Positions 25,659 through 35,803 of a stretch of DNA of 64,000 nt are shown here, in pieces. Below the pieces are notes generated by a model. It saw nothing but the letters and a program-made list of their open reading frames with translations, had not been told where the DNA came from and searched no databases. This DNA is from Auanema rhodensis (taxonomy: Eukaryota; Animalia; Nematoda), in contig OZ059895.1 of the NCBI GenBank assembly GCA_964057225.1, positions 6,758,001 through 6,822,000 of the forward strand, read 5' to 3'. Position 1 is the stretch's first letter, and the number at the start of each line of letters is the position of its first letter. A program made the position numbers and the translations under genes.

Positions 25659-26123
25659 TTATTCAACAGTTATACAAGACCACATTACGATTTTCGAAGG
25701 TTTAAAAGGTAGTTCAGCGCCGTTTTGTTCGATGCGCGGCTCGTGTTGTGAATATTCTCGGTTACTATTGCAGCGGCATCGTTTTGGTTCGGTTGACTGT
25801 ACAAACTCCTCAGTTTTTTCAGAGGGTTCGCTGGTATCATTTCCATCACCATCTTTACCATTCGTTCCATTACTATTATGAAGACGCCGAATATGACGCT
25901 GACAATTGAATCTTGTTCCAAAAGTTTCACTACAATAAGGGCACAAACGTCTACGAACACCATCCAAATGTCCATATTTTTGAATAAAGTCAGCATTGCT
26001 GATATAACTGTTACATACGGGTTGAATCCCGTCATGTCTTTTTAATACGTGATCACTAAAATGCTTGGCTGATGAAAATATTTCCTTGCACGTAACACAA
26101 TACTTGTTACATAAAAGTTCCAT
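25659..26123 (-). CDS. Two-finger C2H2 zinc-finger protein (about 154 aa)
   Basis: CVTCKEIFSSAKHFSDHVLKRH and CPYCSETFGTRFNCQRHIRRLH. ATG at 26123, with TATATAAAAG about 40 bp upstream on the minus strand. Confidence 0.8.
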   Translation of the reverse strand: MELLCNKYCVTCKEIFSSAKHFSDHVLKRHDGIQPVCNSYISNADFIQKYGHLDGVRRRLCPYCSETFGTRFNCQRHIRRLHNSNGTNGKDGDGNDTSEPSEKTEEFVQSTEPKRCRCNSNREYSQHEPRIEQNGAELPFKPSKIVMWSCITVE

Positions 26124-26381
26124 TAGAGGAAAATAAAAAACAACCACACACAGTCAACTCACTTTTATATAATGAGTGGAATAATGACTAGTGTTGTACA
26201 AAAACCTAGTCCCAGAGATATTCCTTTAATGAATGGCACTGAAATACGTTTCAAAATCTTTTTGTACAGGGGTGTTGGCACAGATTGTTCCAACGTGTAT
26301 CTTATACATAATTCACAGTGACAGGGAATATTCATAACTGACCACCTAATGTAGCAGGTGACGTTTTAATGGCGAGGTTGA

Positions 26382-26837
26382 TCATATGCTAGATAATTTA
26401 TAGTCGAATACTTTATGCATAAACGCTTTAATAAAGACATCATCGTTTTGTAATAGTTTAAAAAATGAACAAATGCTTTCAAATGTATTACCAGCTGACA
26501 ACATTAGTATTACAAATATTGCATAACCACCACAAGTGTATTCAATTATGCGTTGTGGTTTGCAAGTATTAACTTTTACATTTTTATATTTGGCCAGATA
26601 ATGACGAATGTACTTGTTCATTTTATAACCCAAGCTACAGAAAAAGTAGGCTTGATCATTACGTACAAAGATGACTTGCCAATGTGTGCCCGGTCTATCG
26701 TGTGTGTCAGTATTTACAACAAGTGCAAAGTTCTTTCGACGTGTTTTGGGTAGAGTATCCGCGCTAAATACACCGAGGAATAGTTTTCGAGTGATGCGGA
26801 CAGATCGCAATAGTGACGCTATTTCAGACGAATACAT
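26382..26837 (-). CDS. Adenain-like cysteine maturation protease
   Basis: FLGVFSAD, VVNTD...PGTHW (His) and Q...TCGGY (Gln, Cys). The usual FDS acid position reads FCS. Confidence 0.92.
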   Translation of the reverse strand: MYSSEIASLLRSVRITRKLFLGVFSADTLPKTRRKNFALVVNTDTHDRPGTHWQVIFVRNDQAYFFCSLGYKMNKYIRHYLAKYKNVKVNTCKPQRIIEYTCGGYAIFVILMLSAGNTFESICSFFKLLQNDDVFIKAFMHKVFDYKLSSI

Positions 26838-26887
26838 TTAGTAAAATGATCTAGTGTAACTTTTGTATTGCGCACGTGCGGTTCAAT

Positions 26888-27340
26888 ATGCCACACCTCC
26901 TTCTAGACTTGAACTCAATTCAATGGACAACACTTTTGAATCAACAAATGGGTGGGGCGCCATTTAGTGGAATGATGTTTCAACGTGGTATGCAGAGAGG
27001 TCATGGCCTGGGTGGTATACTGGCAACATTGGCATCGTTTTTACCACGCATTATTCAATCACCTATAGCCCAAAATCTCATCAATGCTGGAAGGAATGCA
27101 TTATCCAGTGCTGTAAGCAATAGTCCAGTTGTAAATTCACCTCTTGGCGGCCAGTTGCTAAAAACTAGCAATGAAATTGTTGATGGGGTGCTCAAGGGCG
27201 ATAATATCAAGCAAACTCTTAAAACAGCCGGCCGGCAGGCTATACGAGATCTTACCGGTTTGGGCAAGCGGCGACGACGCAAAACCACAAAACCTCATAA
27301 GCGTCTGTGCATAACTCGTGAGCGGTCGTATCGTATTTAA
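26888..27340 (+). CDS. Gly-rich precursor core/membrane-lytic protein (adenovirus pVI-like organisation)
   Basis: QMGG, QRGHG and LTGLG cleavage-like motifs, an amphipathic segment and a basic tail. Its TAA abuts the major capsid ATG. Confidence 0.75.
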   Translation: MPHLLLDLNSIQWTTLLNQQMGGAPFSGMMFQRGMQRGHGLGGILATLASFLPRIIQSPIAQNLINAGRNALSSAVSNSPVVNSPLGGQLLKTSNEIVDGVLKGDNIKQTLKTAGRQAIRDLTGLGKRRRRKTTKPHKRLCITRERSYRI

Positions 27341-28675
27341 ATGGCTAAATTGATAGATTCAAAATCAGCACAAGCACTTTTACCTAATATTAATTATAGT
27401 GACATACCGGCGTCGGCATTAGGTGTTGAATCCACTCGTACTGTACAAGTTCCTTTAAAAAATACTTTTCTTCCTCAAGGACCATGGGAATTTGTTATAG
27501 CCCAAAATTCCAAATCATTTCTTAATCTGAGAAGGTGTTGGTTGAATGTAAAATTCAAAATTGTAACCACAAACGGTGATCCAGTACCAGACAACCTTGT
27601 TTTTGCACCATGCCAACAATTTGCAGCCAGTTTGATACACTCGTATCATTTAAAAATTGGTGATGTTAGCGTGTATGACTCTACCGTAAATCATGCCTAC
27701 AAAACATATATTGAGAATATTCTAATGTATAGCAACGATGTTAAAGAGAGCAAACTTGCCATATCAGGCTATTATGCGGATAGATATATAGATAATGCAG
27801 CCAGTCCTGGCTTTAGAGCGCGACAAGGGCTTGTTAAAAATGGCATATTGTGTGAGATGGCTGCTCCCATCAGTATCGACTTATTCAATCAGGAACGACT
27901 GTTTGTAAACTATTCAAAAATGGAGCTAACTGCATATCCAAACCGTGATAATTTCTTAATTGACACACTTGGATGGAATAATGAAAGCAAGGATGCTGCA
28001 ATGAAGGAGGAGTTTCCAAACCTGAAAATAGATATCAACGATGTGCACTTGCTTATTCAAGAGTTTGATCTAAACGCTGGATTAGCTATGGCTATAGAAG
28101 ATAAACTTGTAAAGGAACGAATACACTACCCCATGACGTCAGTGAAAATGCGCTCTTATTTCATAGAAGGAGGTCGTTTGGATTCACCCAATAACATATT
28201 ATTCACGTCGCATACACCGAAACGTGTTGTAGTAGGTCTTGTCGGCGCACACGCCTATAATGGTACTTTTAAACATTCGCCATTCAACTTTAAACCGTTT
28301 GAATTGAAAAATATATACTTGACGCTCAACAATCGGGTAATACCTACCCGCCCTTATAATTTAGAATGGCGTTCTTCCTATGCCACAGCATATATTGACA
28401 TGTTGGAGGGTTTGGGTCTTGGTCGTACAGATTCATCCAATGGTATTACACCAGCAATGTATAAAACCGGCTTCACATTTTTTGTATTTGATATTTCACC
28501 GACTGTACACTCGTCCGAGTTATTTGATGTTATACGACAAGGTAATGTGGCCCTGAAATTGGAATTTGGTCAACAAACGCCGCAAGAGGGTTTATATGCT
28601 ATTGTTTATGCAGAATATGACTCTATTCTTTCAATTGACAACAATCGTGCTCCATATATTGATACCAGTTTGTAA
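27341..28675 (+). CDS. Major capsid protein (double jelly-roll, hexon-like)
   Basis: 444-aa beta-rich ORF with PKRVVVGLV, AYNGTFKHSPFNFKPF and FFVFDISP motifs of Polinton major capsid proteins. No introns. Confidence 0.92.
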   Translation: MAKLIDSKSAQALLPNINYSDIPASALGVESTRTVQVPLKNTFLPQGPWEFVIAQNSKSFLNLRRCWLNVKFKIVTTNGDPVPDNLVFAPCQQFAASLIHSYHLKIGDVSVYDSTVNHAYKTYIENILMYSNDVKESKLAISGYYADRYIDNAASPGFRARQGLVKNGILCEMAAPISIDLFNQERLFVNYSKMELTAYPNRDNFLIDTLGWNNESKDAAMKEEFPNLKIDINDVHLLIQEFDLNAGLAMAIEDKLVKERIHYPMTSVKMRSYFIEGGRLDSPNNILFTSHTPKRVVVGLVGAHAYNGTFKHSPFNFKPFELKNIYLTLNNRVIPTRPYNLEWRSSYATAYIDMLEGLGLGRTDSSNGITPAMYKTGFTFFVFDISPTVHSSELFDVIRQGNVALKLEFGQQTPQEGLYAIVYAEYDSILSIDNNRAPYIDTSL

Positions 28676-28813
28676 TGTATGTAATAAACTCTTTAAAACA
28701 TTTGATGAGAAGAATAAAATTTATTAATACAACTATACATAAAAATCTATAAATACAACCATATACAAATATACACGCGATAATAAAATTTATAAATTCA
28801 AATATATTAAAAA

Positions 28814-31800
28814 TTATTCACAATAACCATAGGGTAAAGTACTAAAATCGTCTAGATAACAAAGTTTATCCATTACGACCTTGGTACTCTTTGTCATGTC
28901 CATCGTGGATATGGCACCAAGCTGCCTCTTTAATAACGTTGTTTTGGTTTTTAAAACCAATTTTTCTCCATCCATCACGAGTCCTCGAACCAATCGCTCC
29001 ATACTTTGATAGTTTACCACGGTGGCTGCCGTGTGGTCCAGCGTCTGTAATTTTAAAAAGTTTCTCAATAATATATTTTTATACTTACCACTCCCTTTGC
29101 CTTGGTGATATACTTGACCTGACCAGCTGCATTTACTAGCTCATAACTATAAACTTTTGCAGCTGGTGAAACAAATTTGGTCATTGACCAACCATCGGGT
29201 ATTTCTGAGGTTAGTTTACCTAACCATTCACCCTTCATATCCTCAATTGGATCAGGCTGATCGAGGCATTTTAAATAAATTAGAGAATCGGTGTCTAAAT
29301 GATGTACGTTTAAATTGTATACAAAGTATAAAATTACCTGTATACACCAAGTTCTTTCCAATTTTTTCCATTGCCTTATACAATAGTAGCCTTGCATGAG
29401 CGGTTGTATAAGCCGCTATGGCTACATTTGTAAACGGCGCTGGTGCCAGGTGTGAGTCTTCTGGCACTGTTGTACAGTACGCCACATCGTCCACAATTTT
29501 GAAGCCCGTGAGTTCCCTTGCAGGATCAGTTATGATCCTACCAATTTCAGGATCCTCAACACCAATAATCTTGGTTTGGGCTTTATCCGGTCTTTGACCC
29601 ATTTTACCCCATACACTATAAACAAATTTGTAAATTTTTATTTTTAAAAGTTTACATACCTATTCAGCTGTAGTTTGGCAATGCTACGCATGGCCGCATT
29701 CTTTTCAATTTTGTTGCTCTCCAGAGCAACACCAGTGTTCTCCTCGTGCTCTTGGAGATATTTTAGCTGTAAAATTCTATTTAATGCCATACTTTTCATG
29801 ACACATACCTTTTCAGCCTCTGTCATATTTGGCTTAGGCCAGCCCGATGCCTCTTGCTTAATTTTTATGTACTTTTGTACAAAATCCTTGAATAGGCCGC
29901 CTTGCTGCCATTCATCCCAGTGCCAAACCTCATAAACATGAAGCACTTTGTAGCCACGCTGTATGGCACATTCGAGCTCTACATGCGTTACAGTCAGATG
30001 CAGCTTTCGAGCGTCTTCATCATCTTGGTGCGGGCATGTTACATTTTTGCCTCTGTTTGCACATGTGCGGCAGTTTGTAAAAATTAATTTACCGCCTATG
30101 CGTGTTCCTAATACAGGATACAACAAATTTGTGGGTGCAAGCACGTCACATTTCACAAGGCCCTTGTATGGGCAGCATGCCTCAAAACTTTCAAAGCCCT
30201 CAGTAATCACTTTAGGATTACCCACAGGGTAATAGGCATCAAATGCCGTTACATATGGATAAAGTGAACAAAAGTCCACATACTCTAGAGAGTATCTATC
30301 CGAAGCTTGGGCCAAAAGCTTATATGTTTGAGTTCGGCCGCCGGTGAAGGCATCTCGAGGTGCCAATCGAGTTACAACCTCAGTGTCCTTCATAAAATTT
30401 GCCATTTGCTCATTTGATGACATTTGAGCAGTAATTTCGTGTTCCCACACAGTGGTTACACTAATGCCCTGGCTTTGAATAGCTTCAAGACTTTTCATGG
30501 TTTTTTCATAAACCTAAATGTTTCAGGTTAAAATGATTAAAAAAAAGTATTGGTTACCTCTTCCATTGTTTCACCATTTCTGCCTGGTGCAATAGCAGTC
30601 TTGTTGGTGCACTGGGGGCAACCATGATAGATACAGCCATTAAACTACAAAATTTTTTCATTTTTTACATTTATTACAAATTACTCACCTCATAGCCGTG
30701 ATTAGCCACACTGTCATAAGCGTCAAGTAGATAGCGTTGGCCATCTACTCTCACAACAAATTCACCACCATTAAGCTTATGCATTAATGGGCGGCCTAAT
30801 CCGAGTTCTAGCCATTTAATGTATTTTATGGCAATTATACTCTGCTTCTGGCCGGCATAATAACCAGTCTCAGGCAGAATACCCACTTGGTTCTCTTTAA
30901 TGTGGTTCATTTTCAACTGTAATATACTAGTTTTGAAAATGCTTGTATTTTAAAAAACTTGCCTGGAATAAAGAGAAACTGGCAAATGTCATACATTGTA
31001 TGACAGGATTCCAGCCAGTGGTGGCGGTGGCCAACTTCATGTACACTTTCATACAGTTGGTTAAAATACGGACATCTGTCCTACAATATTCCAGAAGCTC
31101 CTCATCAAAATCAAACACACTTTGATTACGCTCCTCATACCAAATATTGAATGAAGCTAGGTCTTCTGCTTTCATTCTAGCAGTACAATAGTAATGCTTT
31201 GGTGGCAAGGATGGTAGCACTTTGCCATAATTTATTGGGTGGTTAAAGAGGTATGGGAATTGTCCTTTACTCATATCAGGTACACCAAATGCCTTGGGTA
31301 ACGCTGATAAGGGTAAAGGCACTAGTAAATAACTATCTTTAAAACATAAATGGTTAATGTTTTGACCTCTTAATGGCTTGACAACCATGCTAATAATCTT
31401 GGTCCCATTTAAAATGGGGTCAGGATATATTCCACGGTTTATCAGCCTAGACACCAAGAAATGTATGTCAAAGCGCGACCCGTTGTGCGCAATCAAAATT
31501 GCATTATCATTCTCAGAAAAGTTGAGTAACCAATCAAGGAAACGATCTGTTACAGACCATTCACTATCACCTTGTTGGTACCCAAAATGACCCTCCTTGG
31601 TTGTGCATTTCTCACAGGAATTGGCATCTATACAACTTTCACAAAATTTGTTATACACAACCATATTGGGCCATTGTTCATCTGCATATTCATGAACATT
31701 TGTGCCGTTTTTTAACACAACTGTTTCAAAGTCATAAAATATAATCTTAAACAAGTAAGCATTACACTTGTAAAGATGTTAAATACAAACCTTGTATTTT

Positions 31801-34745
31801 TCTTGCTTCTTTTTTAGCTGAGCCTTCTTCTTGTCGTTAGGTGGAACCCAACAACAAGAGTGCTCTTCAGGCTTTGTCTGACCGCACTTTTTGCAGAATT
31901 TTTCATTGCAATTGTGCGGTCTATCAGCACGGACCATGTGATAGTGATCACACGCCACACATGTCTGAATTTAAGCTTGTTATGTACAACTTTAAATTTT
32001 CACAAAATACCTTGAATTTTCGGCAGGCTTTTCGCAAATGCCTATCGAAGCATTGTTGAGTTTTAAACAAAACTCTACAACTATCACACCTCACGCTACT
32101 CTCAACCACATTCCCCATCGCATTACAATTATAGGTGTGGCATTTTTTACATTTGGCTTTACATCTATGCAACACTGTATTGTAAGATAACTTACAGTGT
32201 TGACATATAATACCATCAAAAATTTTCGAACGACTACCAGCTGTAATACAATCATAGTGATTATTTCGGTAACCTAGTGTTACCAATTTGCTAGCCGCTT
32301 CATTAAATATTTTCTGGATAGTGTACATACGCTGTCCAGGCGGTCTAGCATATACTACAAACTTATAGTTTGTATTACAGCTGGCAATAATGTTTAAATG
32401 AATTAAATTATAATTTGGTAAATCTACAGAAATACCACACCTATTTAATAAATTGATATGGTGTGGCTGATTTGGCAATAAGATGTAATTGCGACGAAGG
32501 TTTTGCAGCCTTCGCTTCTCATCGCCATCTTCAGTAGCCAACTCGTCAGCTTTCCACATTCCCACAACTGCTGATCTAGCCAGACAATGTGAGTCAGTGT
32601 TGGCAATGGTTCCAGGTATTTTGAGTTCGGGGTCAAAATAAAACCCGACTCTACCTTCACCAGGCATCAGGCTTGGCTGCGCTGGCCTTTCATCAAACAC
32701 ATACATCTCAATATTCATTGCCTGGCTGATCACAGCCTCTCGTTTTGATTGCTGCACCTTGCTGATGGCATTCATAATGGCTACGCCATCCAGATGCTCC
32801 CTTCTACGAAAGTCCATAAATATGGAGCCCTTTTCAAAGGAAGGGTGCTCAATTGATAAACAAAATAAGGCTTTTTGCTTATCAGGCACACCGCTTTCAG
32901 CAAGACAACGATCAAGGAATTCGTTGAATAACCGCGGCATGATAACATGCATTGGTTCATCAACATTTTCCAAGTGTGGGAACGTGAGCGATCGAACGAC
33001 CACGTTGGTAAAACGACCGGTGCGTTTTATGCGCCGGTGTGACCACTATAATAAACAACATTTATAACAGTTTACATGCTTTTTTATTTTTTTTTAAAGT
33101 TTAAATAAAAATAGTTTTAAGAATATATATGAATTGTTTCATCTTTTGCTTAAAATTATTATGTCTCTTTGTTTGTTATAGTCGTTATTTTTTTTTTATT
33201 TAATTGAAATGTTTTCAAATATATGCTTAGTTTGTTTCAAAACGATTAGAAAAATACAAAATATTTAAATGTTTCAGTTTTTGAGCATCAAGTTTTTTTT
33301 TTTTAATGTTTAAAAATTTAATAAATAAAAATTAAATAATAGTAGAATTATAAAATTGTTTAAAATATATAGAAATAAAAGAGATGAAGTGAAATGGTTT
33401 AGAAAATACAAAATATTTAAATGTTTCAGTTTTTGAGCATCACAATATTGAAATTTAAATGTTTTTTAGTGATTAAAAATTTAATAAATAAAAATTAAAT
33501 AATAGTAGAATTATAAAATTGTTTAAAATATATAGAAATAAAAGAGATGAAGTGAAATGGTTTAGAAAATACAAAATATTTAAATGTTTCAGTTTTTGAG
33601 CATCACAATATTGAAATTTAAATGTTTTTTAGTGATTAAAAATTTAATAAACGAAATTATGAAAAAGTGATAGAAATTTAAATTTGTTCAAGATATGTGA
33701 TTAAATAAAAGAGATGAAGTGAAATGGCTTAGAAAATATAAATCAATTACATGTTTCAGTTTTTGAGCATCACAATATTGAAATTTAAATGTTTTTTTAA
33801 TGATTAAAAATTTAAAAAATGAAATTATGAAATAGTGGTAGAAATATAAAATTGTTTAATATAGATGGAGTGAAATGGTTTAGAAAAAAAAAAAAAAAAA
33901 CAAAATATTTAAATGTTTCTGTTTTTGCGCATCAAAATATTTAAATTTAAGTGTAATTTAATGATTAAAAAGTTTAATAAATAAAAATTATAAAGTAGTG
34001 GTAAAAATTTAAAATTGTTTAAAATATGAAATTAAATAAAGAGATGGAGTGAAATGATTTGAAAAATACAAAATATTTAAATGTGTCAGTTTTTGAGCAT
34101 CAAAATATTTAAATTTAAGTGTATTTTAATGAATAAAAATTTAATAAATGATATTATGGCATGGATTTGGGATCAGATTTTATTTTATTTTTCAAAAAGC
34201 CACCAAATGTATGATGATTTGTTTAAAAATAGATGGCAGAATTCAAAATTGCTCAAGATATGTAATCAAATAAAAGATATAGAGTGAAAAGAATTGTAAC
34301 ATGAAAAAAAAAAAGGTTAAAAGCTCGTACCTTTATTTGACAAACATCGTTGAAGGATGAACCGCCTCCTAATTGTTCTCCACTAGTTGATGGCATCTCG
34401 GGATTCCATTCTCTGAAAAAAAATGTCATGCTTTTTCATTATATGATAGCTTACTCATTATCGCTGTCATCCAAGGTGATAACTTCAATAACCCTTGATG
34501 ACGAGGGACCACTATTGGAAGTGGTTATTGCGGGGTCACACAGCTCAACACCACCACTCTCGGTAAGTTTTATGCGCTTACTAAAAAAAAAGATGTATAT
34601 TTTAAAAATATTGTTAAATTACCTGAGTTGATAAATTTCCTCATAATCGAACCCCAACTCTTCACATACACGCTTATAACTGAAAATAAATATTTTAATT
34701 AAAAAAAAAAAAAGATAGGAAAAAACACAACCTGTTAGCAGCCAT
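28814..34745 (-). CDS. Protein-primed DNA polymerase B, 14 exons, 1370 aa
   Basis: Exons: 34732-34745, 34623-34679, 34455-34580, 34331-34412, 32011-33045, 31791-31964, 30963-31745, 30689-30916, 30558-30644, 29809-30513, 29660-29766, 29338-29615, 29089-29294, 28814-29044 (4113 nt, all phases compatible). Splicing restores KIIFYDFET, EFNGCIYHGC, KLQLNSVWGK, YTDTDS and KAKGVTL; HNGSRFD and DFCSLYP lie within exons. The first four exons are less certain. Confidence 0.9.
33240..34140. repeat. AT-rich ~150-170-bp tandem repeat (about 6 copies) inside pPolB intron 4
   Basis: The AAATGTTTCAGTTTTTGAGCATCA-like core ends at about 33290, 33442, 33605, 33772, 33934 and 34102. Confidence 0.85.
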
Positions 34746-35658
34746 TGTATCTTGTTAGAATAAAATTATGCAAACTCTGAGAGGTAGTTATCCATATTTC
34801 ATTTTACACATTTATATTACACTTCATTGCAAGAACAGTCAGTTGTTTTATTGTCACGTAACAATGTTGCCAACACTCAACATTGTATCATATTACAGCT
34901 GTCAACAGTGGCAGTTGCCAATCCGCTGTTAATAAATACGCATGTATTGTTGTGGTCAGCGCAACTGTTTCAACAATCTTATCGAATTAATCATCGATAT
35001 GTGTTCTTTGAGTTAGGGTATTAGAATATTAGTAATATACACACTAAAACTTTTTCTATATACTCTTCTTTCCAAGTAATTTGAGAATATTAGAAATCTT
35101 GATGCATATGCTATACAGCTATTTGTTATACTTTAATGAACAAGTGCTTTGCCATTTGGTTCATTGTAGGTCAACGTATCTGTTTCACCAATCTTATCGA
35201 ATTGATATTCGATATGTGTTCCATTAACATTTTTGATACTAAAAACTATATACCCATGACCCCTTGGCATAGTAAGTATTCTTTAGCGTTATGGGTACTT
35301 GTGCTGTACAGCTATTTATCATATTTTTATGAACAAAACTTTTGCCATGTGGTACATGTGTGGGGCAGCGCACCTGTTTTAACGATCTTATCGAATTAAT
35401 CTTCGATATGTGTTCCATTGGAAACAACACAATTGTTTGTGAATCCTATCGAATTAACCTTCGATATGTGTTTTATTGAGTTAGTATATTAGAATATACT
35501 AATATAAAATTTTAAAAAAGGTTCTTTAAACTATTCTTTCATGTAATTTGAAAATATTAGACAACTTGGTACATGTGGTGTACAGCTATTTATCATATTT
35601 TTATGAACAAAACGTTTGCCATGTGGTTCTTGTGTGGGTCAGTGCACCTGTTTTAACG

Positions 35659-35803
35659 ATCTTATCGAATTAACCTTCGATATGTGTTCCATTAACTTTT
35701 GTATTTCATATCGTTCTTATCGAATTAACTTTCGATATGTGTTCCATTAACTTTTGTATTTCATATCGTTCTTATCGAATTAACCTTCGATATGAGTTCC
35801 ATT
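35659..35803. repeat. 55-bp tandem repeat (about 2.6 copies) carrying TATCGAA-N6-TTCGATA
   Basis: Motif starts at 35663, 35718 and 35773. Confidence 0.85.

Noticed and set aside
28814-33003. pPolB as a frameshifted pseudogene
   Set aside because: Every break coincides with a phase-compatible GT-AG or GC-AG intron, and splicing restores the conserved motifs.
22811-33067. Antisense and alternate-frame ORFs overlapping core genes (e.g. 23231-23593, 25026-25508, 29675-29935, 32759-33067)
   Set aside because: Shadows of real genes with no recognisable motifs.
34081-35430. ORFs at 34081, 34350, 34827, 35136 and 35239
   Set aside because: They lie in intronic repeat, antisense to pPolB exons, or in subterminal repeat DNA.
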